NCBI RefSeq assembly: GCF_021028975.2 | Contig: NC_059426.1 | Location: forward strand, 143,530,001-143,594,000 | Length of the DNA stretch: 64,000 nucleotides | Source: Sphaerodactylus townsendi | Lineage: Eukaryota | Direction: 5' to 3' | Shown: in pieces, positions 1 to 12,144 of the stretch | Layout: every line of letters starts with the position of its first letter | Numbering within the stretch: the stretch's first letter is position 1 | Made by a program: the position numbers and the translations under genes | The notes under the pieces: generated by a model | The model's database searches: none | What the model saw: only the letters and a program-made list of their open reading frames with translations | Told to the model about the DNA's origin: nothing

Positions 1-571
1 CGCAGGGCTTTGAACGAGTTAGGCAGCTCAGCAGGCAGGCTACCTCTCCCTGGGTGGGAGGGGGTGGGGCTGGGGACAGGCACACTACTTCTCCTTCCCG
101 CCCTTGCGGGGAGGTGGGAAAGCCAGGGGTGGGCCCATGTTTAGGGCTGCTTTTCAGTGTCAATCTGCTCCAGAATTATGAACCCTTCTACACAGGGACT
201 GTATCACTTTTTGCTCTGTACAATGCCTGGCTAGGAGCAACTGCTAAGCAGCAGCAGCAGCCAAACCCATTGGTAATTAAGATACTGTAAATGCCATTTC
301 TTACAAAAAAGAAGCGACTGCTTGGCAGGCGCAGCATAAACAAAGCACCTGGCCAGAGGAGATGAATGGCGCAGTTCATCTGGCAATTACTAACCATCTG
401 ATTGTTCTGTCAACACATCTTAGAAGGCTTGAAATGTCATCCCAGATAATTGAAAGAAAGCATCTTGCTAATTTTCAAGACAGCAGCCAAAAAAAGAGAT
501 GAGCCTCCTCAACTGTTGCCTAGCAGCTCCAGTGTCAGCTACTAATTGCATTTCCATGTAAAAGACCTTAG

Positions 572-1064
572 AAAGGTAAAGGTGCAAGCGCTGGGTCATC
601 ATGACTGATTCATGGTGACGGCATGTCCCAGTCTTTTCTAGGCAGCCTGTGTTTATGGGGTAGTTTGAAAACTGCCTTCCTCAGTTGTCTACAATTTACC
701 CCCAAACGATACTCTTTTCCACGAAAAGATGACAGTAAAATTGTCTATTAATCTGCCATTTCCTGGACCTCCTTTGTAGTAGAATGCTCCACAGGGGTCC
801 TAGTTCCTACCTAGAATGCCCCCACGGAGCATTCTATTTCAAAGAAGGTCCCAGAAATGCTGGATTAATATACAAATTTACTGTCATCTTTTCGTGGAAA
901 AGAGTAGAGCTGGGAATTCATTTTACTGACGCTGGAGGATCGGATGGCTGAGTTAATTTTTAAGCTGGCTACTTGAAACTGACTTCCGTCAGGATCGAAT
1001 TCAGGTCGTGAGCAGAGCTTGGACTGCAGTACTGCAGCTTACCATTCAGTGCTACTACGGGGCT
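572..1064 (-). mobile_element. Sauria SINE, interrupted by a MITE at 712-904
   Basis: AAAGGTAAAGGT at 572 is the (ACCTTT)n tail on the minus strand. The BovB-like body reads agctgggaattcattttactgac...ggctgagt. The tRNA-like head gcagtactgcagcttacc...acggggct lies at ~1020-1064. Confidence 0.85.
712..904. mobile_element. Tc1/mariner-type palindromic MITE with TA TSD
   Basis: CTCTTTTCCACGAAAAGATGACAGTAAA at the left end and its exact reverse complement at the right end. Imperfect symmetry continues ~80 bp inward. TA flanks at 710-711 and 905-906. Confidence 0.9.
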
Positions 1065-2324
1065 TCCATCAGTGCAAAAATGCTGCCTGGCATTCCAGAA
1101 CCAGTCAGGAAAGGGTGAACCCAAGAAGGTGCCTGTCAGGAAAAAGACAAAGAAGGCCCCCCCAATGGTAGCTGAGGTCTTTCAGCATCCAAGGGAAAGA
1201 AATTTTTGATTGCTAATTTGCCAAGAGAAGTTAATTCACCAGCCCACCCTCCAGAAGACACTCCCTAAAACTGACAGCATTCACAGTGGAAGTAAGGTCC
1301 CACTCAGCTGGCTCTGGCTCTAGATAAGAAGAGAATGGGCCCTAGCAAAGCAAGCGAACCCTTTGGAAGGTTTGCCAGGAACCTCTGGGGCTGCCACAGA
1401 ACTGACACAGGTTTCTGATAAAGCTTCTCCATCTGCTTCTCTACCTTTTTATCAACCCATTAACAACATAACCCTATGAAAGCCTAAGGTCGATTTCAGT
1501 CAGGCAGGGCTCAGTTGCAGATAAGCGTACGTTGGATTGCAGCCACAATTTCTTGGGTTCAGCCTTCTGCTATGAAGCCCACTCTGTTAAATTGTGCCAG
1601 GTTCTCTATACCAGCTGTTTCTAGTCTGTTTTGAGACATATATATTGGGGACTAGTGTTGATGTAGAAATACTCTCAGATGGTTTTTGAATGTTAACATT
1701 TTTTTCCAACTAGGAGCTAATATACCTAATCATACAGCAGTGGTGGCAACAGCACAGACCAATTAACTCTTCTACCCTCTGTGTGGACATTGTGGCCTCA
1801 CACTTGACATGCTGGCATTCCCAGGTTTTACCAGGGACTGCACACACACACAACAGGGAAGAACAACCAATCTCGGTTGCATTTGTACCTATATCAGTAT
1901 AACTGGCACCTAGTATCTTCAGGAGGGCAGGTACACATCAAAACATGAATTGTGCTTAATTTCCTCTTCCACTGAGTGCAGTGACTATGCTGGAGTTAGT
2001 AATTACTGACACTTCCTTCTAAGCAATCTGATTTTCAGAACATTTTTCCATGATGACCTTGTGGAGGGGGATTGACACAACCATATAGCTCATGTTGTCC
2101 TTCTGTTTTACATCTGCTAATAGACTGGTTATAAATTCAGAAGAAACAAAAGGACTTCTTCTCATCATTTTCAATTAGTTCCAAGTATTCACTGCAATAA
2201 CTATTAGCACAAATAGCTTTTTTGGAAAGAATAGAGTCTGTGAGTGTGTGTACACGATAGCTAGAAAATGAACATCTACACACAGAGGCAGAAGACCTCA
2301 AATATCTTTATCTTTATATATATA

Positions 2325-2700
2325 TATATTTATATCCCGCCCTCCCCAAGGCAGGGCAACGAACAACAACAAATACCAACAAACATTAATAGATCAGCAG
2401 CAATAACAACAAATCATAAACAGTGAAAGCAACTACAGATGGCAAGAAATCCACCCCCCTACTGCACCCATGGGAGGCCAATAATGATAACGGTCAAGCT
2501 GGCTGGCTAGATGGAAATGCCTGGCAGAAAAGCTCCATCTTACAGGATCTGCAGAACTCATTCAAATCCCCACCAAGTAGGAGGAGCCAGGGCTGAGAAA
2601 GCCCTGGCCCTTGTAGAAGCCAGACGGACATCCTTTGGGCCAGGGATCTCCAGCAGGTTTCCTCCGATGAGTGGAGGGATCTGATGGGGCAGTTCGGGGA
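2325..2700 (-). mobile_element. L2-clade LINE 3' fragment
   Basis: tttatatcccgccctcccc 3'-end motif next to a (TA)n tract. The degenerate ORF2 C-terminal segment resembles 5620-5900. Confidence 0.6.
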
Positions 2701-3732
2701 GAGATAAAATAACCATAGAGATATTATTCTTTCCAAAAAGCTTTACTTGAGTGCATCCTTGGACACTTGGTTAGCTGCTGCCAGATAGTGGGATAGACAG
2801 AAGTTTCCCATGTATCAAAACAGTGACTCTTAGGTTCTTACCAAGAAAACAAAACCTGGGATGAAATCCCAGCTTGCAATAGATCAACAGCCTTTGCAAC
2901 ATTAGTCATGGATGTACTTTAAAGGGAAGGTAATACTGTTGTTCTAACTAGTCCAAAAGGAGCCCACCTCACAGTTGATTTCATGCCACCTGTGTTCAGC
3001 AAGCATGTGATAACATGACATCACCAGGCAATACTATAAGCAGAAGGCAGCAATTGCTCCATATTCTTCGAGAGTCAAACTTGGCTGCCAACCATCTGAC
3101 TGTCATCTCGCAGCTCCTTTGCCAGAAGCCTCATGCAGCACCAGGAAGAAGCTCCTAGATTGCCTTTCACAGAGACAGCATCATTTCCCCAACTCTACTC
3201 CCCATCCCCACCACTAATATAAACAGCCAGAACAGGGAGAGGATGTCTATTTTATATTTACTTTTCACCAGGTGAGTGCAAAATGTCTGCCATCCCTGTT
3301 ACATAGCATAAAATCATCCGAATGAATGCACCCAATTACTGCCAAATGAATGTGTTTTTAGTAGAACAACACAGCCAGACAGTTGTGATGCTTGGAGAAA
3401 AGCAACACTTGAAGCACAGCAATAAACAAAAAAAATCATGAAAGCCCAAAAGCAGATGTACATAGTAGGAGGAAACCATGTATTGCATGAATCTCTGTCT
3501 TTTGGGGGTTGTTTCTGGTTTTTGTTTTTTTACAACTGAAGAGTAGTCTTTGACCCGGAAGCACTTCTTCACTTTTTCATTCCCTGCCCTTAACATCTGC
3601 TGAAACCATTCTCAGATCTCCATGCTTCCACTAATCACAATTTGGATATCAATGCAGTAAGTGAAAGGGGATAGATAATTTTGTCCCATAAAGACTTTCA
3701 GCTCACTTCTTCTGATTTTATCTTTTCCTTTT

Positions 3733-3765
3733 CCTCCTCCTCCTCCTCCTCCTCTTCCTCCTCCT
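3733..3765. repeat. (CCT)n microsatellite in the polypyrimidine tract upstream of the exon
   Basis: cctcctcctcct... read directly, ~25 nt before the acceptor AG at 3788-3789. Confidence 0.95.
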
Positions 3766-3789
3766 CGCCTTCATTCTGTTATTTCACAG

Positions 3790-4417
3790 AGGCCTGGTGG
3801 ATACACGGAACCAGATGATGTATGACCAGCGACGGCAGCTACGGCTGGAGGAAATACGGCAGAAGAAGGAGAAGGACAAGGATGAGCGTGTGCTACAGAC
3901 ATTCAAGAATGCCGTGGAAGTGAATACTCCACACAGCTCTGTGGTGATTTCTCCTAGCCAAAAGTCATTGGCACAACCAGAATCTGAAAGTCGTCCTTCT
4001 ACCCACTTCTCAACCACCCCTCTAAGCATGTGGTATTACTCAGCTACTACAGGGGCGTCCACTAACAGCCAGCATTCTGCAGAACAAGCACCCTCAACCA
4101 GCCAACCCCTCTTCCAGAGTGAGCCACATTTTGCCTCAACGGGCTTGCTGATTTCTGGCCTAGAAGAGAAATATGACTCAAAGCTCAACCTACATTGCTC
4201 GGAAGGCCCAGTTGGCTCCAATTACAACATGACCGTCTCAGAGCCTGATGCAGACTCCATTACTCAACCAAGTGGCATAGCTACTTCCCATAGGACCATG
4301 CCTGTGAAGAACAGAAATTTTACCCACAGGTCTCATTATGACCTGGAAGCAGTTCATAATGCTATTGTCTCGATACAACAGAAGTACCAAAAGAAAGCGG
4401 CCAAAAAGAACAAATAA
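3790..4417 (+). CDS. LRRC74A: Terminal coding exon (phase-2 start) of a spliced gene, most likely leucine-rich repeat-containing protein 74A
   Basis: Strong acceptor (long pyrimidine tract, ttatttcacag|A). Open frame xxA-GLVDTRNQMMYDQRRQLRLEEIRQKKEKDKDERVLQTFKNAVEVNTPHSSVVISP...QKYQKKAAKKNK*, with AATAAA ~130 nt after the stop. The GLVDTR..QRRQLR..RQKKEK..TF.NAVE..TP.SS.VISP segment matches my recollection of the non-mammalian LRRC74A C-terminus. Exon confidence ~0.9, symbol ~0.6. Upstream exons lie outside the window. Confidence 0.65.
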
Positions 4418-4549
4418 TTCAGGCTGTATGGAAATAATTGTCCTCCTACTGGAAATAATTGTTCTGTGCCTGGAAACTGGCAGGAGTGTATGAGCAAGGG
4501 CAGATGTGGGGAAAGACTGCAATACTGGCTGCGGTGTTAAATCACTGCC

Positions 4550-4555
4550 AATAAA
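4550..4555 (+). terminator. Polyadenylation signal of the 3790-4417 gene
   Basis: AATAAA ~130 nt after the TAA stop, with GT/T-rich sequence downstream (ctgtggttttactgt). Confidence 0.7.
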
Positions 4556-4936
4556 AAAAAGCAGAAGTGACATGGGGCCGCTCTAAGAATCAACAGAAAC
4601 TCTGTGGTTTTACTGTAAAGTTTCCATTGATTCCTAGAACTACCCTATCTTTTCAGTTTTTTATCTATGTGATGAACCACTTAATGTGGCTCTGCTATTT
4701 AAAAATATTTTTCTCCTCCTGCTGCTCTGAGCTGGCAGTCCTGCACATACATTACAGTGGCTTGTATCCCACCACTCAGCAAATTCTGGAGCCGAACAAG
4801 CACCGTTGGAGGCAGGCTCTTTAGGCTGTAGAGAGGCTTCAGACATCACCAGGGGATGAATTAGACATAATATATTTAATTGTCAGATCCATATTGTCCA
4901 ACCAAACTTTCTTTTGCCACAGCCACACAGCACACA

Positions 4937-5250
4937 GGAGCAGCAGTGGCGTAGTGGTTAAGAGCAGTTGTACTCTAAATCTGGAGGAACCAGGTTTGAT
5001 TCCCCACTCTGCCACTTGAGCTGTGGAGGCTTATCAGGAGAATTCAGATTAGCCTGCGCACTCCAACACGTGCCAGCTGGGTGACCATGGGCTAGTCACA
5101 GTTCTTCGGAGCCCCACCTACCTCACAGGGTGTTTGTAGTGAGGGGAGAAGGGAAAGGAGTTTGTAAGCCCCTTTGAGTCTCCTTACAGGAGAGAAAGGG
5201 GGGATATAAATCCAGCTCCTCTTCCTCCTTATCCTCCTCCTCCTCCTTCT
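4937..5250 (+). mobile_element. Squam3-like tRNA/L2 SINE (gecko type), near full length
   Basis: A-box tggcgtagtgg, B-box-like ggtttgattcc, gctgggtgacc core, L2-like 3' end gggggatataaatcc and a (CCT)n tail. Confidence 0.9.
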
Positions 5251-5399
5251 TTTTCAATATTCCATAGATGTGTAGCTCTAAATAATGTCCCTGGTGCCAC
5301 TTCAGTTAGAGGCAACTGGAGCAAGTGTTCGAAGGCAAGAAGCCCCTCCTGCCACTGTGACATAATCCCAATCTGAATTGGAGCCCTTGTGGTGCTTTA

Positions 5400-6835
5400 A
5401 AATTATTTATTTATTCATTCATTTCATCTATTTATAAGCCGCTCTTCTCCTTGCCGCCTCAAGGTGGGTTCCAGCATAAAGTAGCAATAAAATATACACA
5501 ATATCTTAAAAACCTATAATGATGTAATGTAATTTCAACCAGATGGCGTTAAAAAACAAACAAGTTAAATTGATAACATTTCCTACACTCCTCATCTCAT
5601 ACAGCATAAGAAGAAAAGAAGCAAAAGGAAGGCGGGAAAGGAAAAGGGAGGCCCACGATGGAAACCCGTAGCTGCTTCAGCCATAGGCCTGGAGGAACAG
5701 CTCTGTCTTACAGGCCCTGCAAAATTGTGACAGATCCTACAGGGCCCAGGTTTCATTTGACAGCATGTTCCCTCAGAACTGGGGCTAGGGCCAAGAACAC
5801 CCTGGCCCAAGTTGAGGACAGCCAGACAATCTTTGGGCCCGGTATTGTCAGCAAGTTGTTCTTAGACAAGCATAATGCTCTGCAAGGAAAATAGCGGGAG
5901 AAGCGATCTTACAGATATGACAGCTCCAACTATTTAGGGCTTTGAAGGTAAGCAGAAAAACCTTGAACCTGATTTGGTACTCTACCTGGAGCCAATGCAG
6001 CAGGCAGAGCACAGGTTGAATAAGTGCTACCACAGGGTCCGAGTAAGGACCCACGTTGCTGCATTCTGCACCAACTGGAGTTTCTGGAGCAAGCCCAGGG
6101 CAGCCCTGCACAGAGCGAGTTGTAGTAGTCCAGCCCAGAGATGGCAATTGCATGGATCACTCTGGCCAAGTTGATTGGGACAAGTAGGGAGCCAAGAGCT
6201 TCATCTGGCAAAGAAGATAAAAAGATGGTAGAAAGCCAGGCGGGCAACATTTGTGACCTAACCCTCCCTAGATGAGGAGGCATCAAGGATCATAACCACA
6301 CTCTTGACAGTTGGCATAGGTGTTAACTGCATGCCATCAAGAGCTGGGAGTTGGCCACCCCGACCTGACCCAGCCATTCTCCGACCCAGCCGCTGGACCT
6401 CTGACTTCAATGGATTTAGCTTCAGTAATTCCCTTTCAACCAAATCACCACAGCCTCCAGGCAGCTGACCAGAATGTGTGGGGCATTATCTGGCCATCTG
6501 ACCATCAACAGATGTAGCTGGGTGTCACCAGTGAACTGATGACATCCCAGCCCAAAGATCCAGATCAATGTGGCAGGAGAGTACATGTAGATGTTAGATA
6601 ATATTGGAGAAAGAGTCGCCCCCTGTGCCACCCCCTCACACCAATGAATCAAGGTCCTCTCTCAAATTGCTACTTTCTGTCCTCCACCCAGGAGAAATGA
6701 GCACAGTCATTGTAAGGATGTCCCACATATCCCAACATTGGCAAGGTGGTAGGTCAAGAGATCACGATTGACCAAATGCTGCTGTCTGGTCAAGCAGTAA
6801 TGTCAGTACTGACCCCCCTCAGTCCGGTTGTCCCA
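5400..6835 (-). mobile_element. L2-clade LINE, degenerate 3' part of ORF2 (reverse transcriptase)
   Basis: Minus-frame remnants GVAQGATLSPILSNIYM, GCHQFTGDTQL (decayed YADD), LKLNPLKSEV, SGLDYYNSL, LHWLQVEYQIRFKV, with frameshifts between them. Confidence 0.9.
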
Positions 6836-6881
6836 TTAGTTCCTTGCAGTCACTGTGCAGCTGCAGGGAAAGGAAGTTGGG

Positions 6882-7006
6882 CAGTGGCATAGCGCCAATG
6901 GGGCCAAGTGGGGCGCGGTGGAGGCATGGCTGAGCCATGGAGGGGGCGTGGCAGGCTGTTTCGGAGCATTCCGGGGTGGGGGCAGTTCCCCCTCGCTCTG
7001 CCTCTT
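6882..7006. mobile_element. GC-rich hAT (Tip100-like) MITE
   Basis: Starts CAGTGGCATAGC. Perfect 8-bp TSD AAGTTGGG at 6874-6881 and 7007-7014. Same family as 27101 and 59921. Confidence 0.85.
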
Positions 7007-7414
7007 AAGTTGGGCCTTGGGAACCTGGGCCTGATTTAAAAACGTCACATCAAGTTGGACCCTGAGTGGCATGATAGGAAACTGCTTTTGCTCTACACAA
7101 GTACTTCTTAACTAAAGATCATCCTCTAAAATCTTCAGATCTATCACCAAACTGGGATGAAGTAGTACTGAGCTCTCCTAAAGAGCAGTGAGACACACCT
7201 TATATCTTCTGCTCACTAGAAGGAAGATTTTGTGCATGGAAGCAGCCTTCTGTCTGTGTTCAAATGGCTGGAGGCATAGCTGGAAGCAAACTGAACAAGA
7301 CTTTAATGCATGACTAGTGGTCCATGACTAGAGCTGGTTTCGTACCATTGTGTACAGGAAATAAGGCCTTTTCAGAAGACATTTCAACCCTTTGCTTAAA
7401 AGCTCTCTAGAACA

Positions 7415-7570
7415 GGGACTGTAGCTCAACAACAGAGGACATGCTTTGCATCAAAGGTTTGAATTCCAAGCTCTGACCTTTCCAGTTCAAAGGCAGGTCG
7501 GAAATGTTCTTACCAGTCAGGACGCTGGGTGAGAACAGTCCTTGGAGTGACTTAGTATGTGGCAGCTACC
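7415..7570 (+). mobile_element. Old tRNA-derived SINE remnant
   Basis: gggactgtagctca...atgctttgca...ggtttgaattcc head. Related copies at ~11370, ~11800, ~13953 and ~62040. Confidence 0.6.
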
Positions 7571-8801
7571 TTATGTTCACTAGTAAGAATGATATCAGAT
7601 GCTTTCTTGGGACATGGCAAGTCAATGATATGGAAAAGAATAGAAATGCTAACACAGACTATTTCATACACAGGAGTGAGACCACTAGTGAGGTATGATG
7701 GTCAAAAGGTTGTCGTTCTGAGAGCAAACATCGGGGAACAAATGAGAATTCCCCCAGTGAAGTCCCAAATGAGATCTGTCACCAGAACAAGAAAGAAGCC
7801 TTCAGACAACCGAATGAAAATGATGGGATGTCTGTATTTGTGTTTAAAGACTACAACTCATGCGCAATCATTTCAAAGCAAGTCCTATTAAAACCAGTGG
7901 GCGGCTGTTACAATCAAAGGAGGGTAGGACTGGGCTGCAAATTATCTGGTGTGAAATTGCAAATTATCTGGTGTGAAATATTGATGCAACACAATTGTGT
8001 TCCTCAATCTGTTATGGGAACTTTCAGATCATCTGCAGACTATTTTTTTTTAAGTAGAGCTTTATTTTTGACTTGGAGCAAAGCAAAAAATACCAAAGCA
8101 GCCCAACCGATATCCATTTTAAAAGCTGTACTTTTTATGCCAAGGACCCATCTGTGCTACACAGCGGAAAAAGAGGCTTCCTGTAGCGAAGCCGTGAAAT
8201 GGAATTGGCTGCATCTAGCATGTTAAAATTATCTTTGTCTCCCTGCTTAAGGCTCACGCCCCCCCCCCAACCCACAAACATTTGCAAAAACATTTATTTC
8301 CTGTCAGTCCAGATAATACTTTTACATGGTGACTGAATAATTAGTTAAGGGAACTGAAATCTTGGCTTAGCCCACCTTCATTTAGCATTGGGGAGAGGGG
8401 TCTGTTTGTAATTTAATAGAGCTCCCTTGTATATAAATATGTTGGGATGAAAATTGGTGCACACAATTCAGAACATTGTATATACTGTCCCTGGTATGCT
8501 GTTTTATGTTCCATTCCATTGTTGGAACTACATCTATAAATGCCGCTGAGCTGGGCTACGGAAGTTATTAGATCTGTAAGGTTGGAGTTATTTGATATTT
8601 TAATATGTTTTTAACAAGATGACATTTATTATTTATTGTGGTTGCTGATTTTGTTTGTTGTTGACTTGTACACCACCCAGAGCCCTTAGGGGCGGTATAT
8701 CAAATCCAATAAACAAACATAGTTCTGTTTTACATCTGGAAGTGGGCCCAATCCACCAGACCATTCAAGAGGAAGGAAAGATGTAAAATGCAATCTATTA
8801 A

Positions 8802-9158
<357 letters not shown>

Positions 9159-9512
9159 TGATGCTTTTGACCTGAGCTCTTCCAGTTTGTAACTGAAACT
9201 CTGTGTTGCTATTTTGCGTGTGTGATTTGCATGAAAGAAGAGAGAAGATTGGGAAACAGCGCCTTCTCCCTCTTTTCAGCAGAGTTTTTGAGAAAGGGAG
9301 GTCAGGTTTTCTCTTTTCACAAATGGTTCTTTTTGCTACATAGTTCCTAATCTATGACATGAAACAAACCATCTAAATCATGGCATGATTTAGCATCCTG
9401 AAGCCAGTCACTGTAGCTGTACTGCAAAGAGTTGGGATGGTTTTAATTGCAGAATTCACCTGCAAAACAGAGGGTTGAGTGATTTTCTAAAGTAAAGCTT
9501 CTTGGACTCCTT

Positions 9513-9961
9513 GGCCCTTTCTGCATGGCAGCGGAAACGCAGCTCCACTGGCATAAATTATGCCAGTTGAAGCTCGGGGACTGCTCGCACGGCAGCGTGT
9601 GAGCAGTCCTGCAGATCCGGCACACCAGAGAGGTGGCTCCGCACGCCTCCAATCCACCGCCTCCATTGACTTGCCTGTCCAGCGTTGCTCTGGAGAGCTG
9701 CAGGGACCTGCCCACACTGCCCTCAAACCTTCAGGGGTCTGAGGGCAGTGTGGGCAGGTCTCTGCAGCCCTCCAGAACGACACTGGACAGGCAAGTCAAT
9801 GGAGGCGACAGGAAAAGCAGTGGCGTCCTGCCGGTGCAGTTCACACTGCACCGGCGGGAAGATGCCACTTTTCAAAAACCTTGCTCCTGTGTGAACGCTT
9901 CCCCAGGGACGGCGTTTTTGCCATCCCTGGGGCACTCTAATCCGCCCGTGCGGAAAGGGCC
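9513..9961. mobile_element. PIF/Harbinger-type MITE with multiple internal hairpins
   Basis: TIRs GGCCCTTTCTGCATGG ... CCGTGCGGAAAGGGCC. Subterminal regions are related to 37841-38355. Confidence 0.85.
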
Positions 9962-10871
9962 TCTGATTTGTTATCATCAGTTATCAGATTATGCACCTGT
10001 AAGCCCCTGGAAGATACTTCATATACATCTTAAGCATATGCCAGAGTGCACATAAAATGTAAAATATGAATGTATATAATAAGTTACACTCCTTAGATAA
10101 CCATGTTAGGTTGTGACTTTCTACTGAGTGTGCATGTTGGCAGATGTGGGTTCGTTGCTGTTAAATGCATGAAACTCTCAGAGAACTTTCTGGTCTGGAA
10201 AGCTAAGCTGGCTGCCGTTCAATAGCACTTCACATGTACAAGTGCCAGTGTTTGGTTTTCTGGCCACTAGATGTCATCCTTCACCTTTCTACAGAGAAAC
10301 TAGTGGTTTCTCCAATAACTAGGTTGGATCCTGCCAGCTTTTCAGTAGAAGAAAGCAGCAGAAAAAGTCCTTTGAATCACCCAAAAGTCTCTGTATGCAC
10401 CATGAAACTTGCATTGAAAAAAACTATGCAGGATGGGAGCAGAAGTGAGGAGTGGAGTCAAGTGTGATCACATCAAAAAACTGATGGAGTACAAACTACT
10501 CTGACAATGGCTGCTGTGAACAATTTTTTTATTCTTTGACAAGTCTCACAATCCTTGAGCAGTCTTTGACTCTTTGGGTTGGTCATGTCTTCCCATCTTA
10601 TAAAGCCTTTGAACTGTTTCTCCCTCTTCTTTTAAAACAGAGTTTTGTGAGCTGTTGAAGTGACAGTGAGTAAACCATATGTTCTTCAAGCCTTGAGGTC
10701 CTTGAATTCCAGGTCTTGTCACAAATAAGATCTCTGTGAACTATTAGAGAAGAGGGATATAGACAAATGGCATGTGTGACCCCATGCCCTGCAGCTGATA
10801 GAAGACCAGTTCTGTCCTAGTTGCTATCAGCTGCATACATAGTCCCTTATCAACCCTGGTAACACTCTAAC

Positions 10872-11185
10872 CAGGGGTCTGTGGTACCCTGGGGTGCCAT
10901 GAGCATGTCCCAGGGGTACCGTGGCAATGCTACCAGCCCCTCTCACTTTTGCGGTGTCTTCCGCCGGTGCCAGTAAGGACATGGAGCTGGCCCAGGGGGC
11001 AGGGCCTGCCGCAAGGTCAGCAGCCACTTCCCGCCCCACAGAGCTTCCCTTCACTCTGGGAGGAGAAGGTGGTGGGGGTGGCAGGCAGGGGCACTGGGAA
11101 GGGAAGGTGGGGGTGGCAGGGGTACCATTAGATATGAAGAGTGAGGTCAAGGGTACCATGACGTTGAAAATGTTTGGAAACACTG
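10872..11185. mobile_element. hAT (Charlie-like) MITE
   Basis: CAG...CTG ends, right TIR aaaatgtttggaaacactg, repeated GGTACC subterminal motifs and a GC-rich core. The left TIR is damaged. Confidence 0.7.
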
Positions 11186-12144
11186 GGTTAGAGGAACAAG
11201 AAAGGCTATAATCCTCCAGGGAATCTTCCTTTTGCCAGTACTGAATACAATTGCCAGCCTTGATTGTATGTTCTTTGTGTTGGATTCCAGGGACAGACTG
11301 GGGACACTGGTGGGACACCATGCACCTAGTCCTCCAGAAAGTACCTTGGTTATGTTGGCTGAAGTGGAGACATGGCTCAGTGGCAGAACTCATATTTTGC
11401 ATACAGCAGGTCTCTGGTTCAATCCTTCACACTCTCCAGTTACAAGCATCAGGTAGCAGGTACCATAAATTCTGAGTAGGCGATTCTGACCTCGATAGAC
11501 CAGCCATTCAATGTGTGTTCATGTATCTTGAGCTTGAAGTTGGAAGTTGCCAGGCTAGTTCATCTCAGGGATTTCAGCAGCTGTATATTGTCTTGCTGTG
11601 CTCAAGATGCTGCAGATGCCACAACACTGGGACTATCCCAGTTTTATTGGACCCTGTTCATGAAAAATGGCAGATATCTGGTGACCTGAGTCTTGAATTA
11701 AGGCCTTAGTCAGGGTTGGATTATTATCAGCTGATGGTCTGGTTGATGTCAACCCCTTCCCTTCACAATGGTGGTGAACCCCATTAAGATGAGAATGACT
11801 GCAGCAGAGTGGTAAAGTATCTGCTTTCCATTCGGGCAGTCCCAGGCCTGGTATCCCTCATTAAAGGATCAGGTAATAAGCTGGGTCCAAGACCTGAAAT
11901 CCTGGAAAACCACAGCCCGTCAGAGTAGACAGTATGACCTTCCTAGACTCATGGTCTGATTTCATTCATTTAAGATGATCTGTTCCCAGAAACAGCAGGC
12001 CATATCTCAAACATTTACACCCAAGGGACTAAATCATCCCAATAATACAGTGTCCATAAAGTCCGTCAACGTGAGTAGAACAAATGCCGTGATCTCCCTC
12101 CTTAATATCCTGTCAAATTAATAGTTTTTCTCTTGACTTCAGTG

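Noticed and set aside
52-75. G-quadruplex-like G-runs
   Set aside because: Common in vertebrate DNA, with no supporting context.
3255-3278. Strong donor CAG|GTGAGT as end of the penultimate exon
   Set aside because: The preceding sequence is a T-rich tract without a plausible coding exon matching the expected upstream protein.
4937-5010. tRNA gene
   Set aside because: The A/B boxes are the head of a SINE continuing into an L2-like tail; no complete cloverleaf. The same holds for the other SINE heads.
7937-7979. Short tandem duplications (also 16978-17023, 17920-17992, 40523-40560)
   Set aside because: Ordinary slippage duplications of about 19-35 bp.
10827-11402. 191-aa minus-strand ORF
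   Set aside because: It runs through a GC-rich hAT MITE and a SINE remnant; stop scarcity is compositional.
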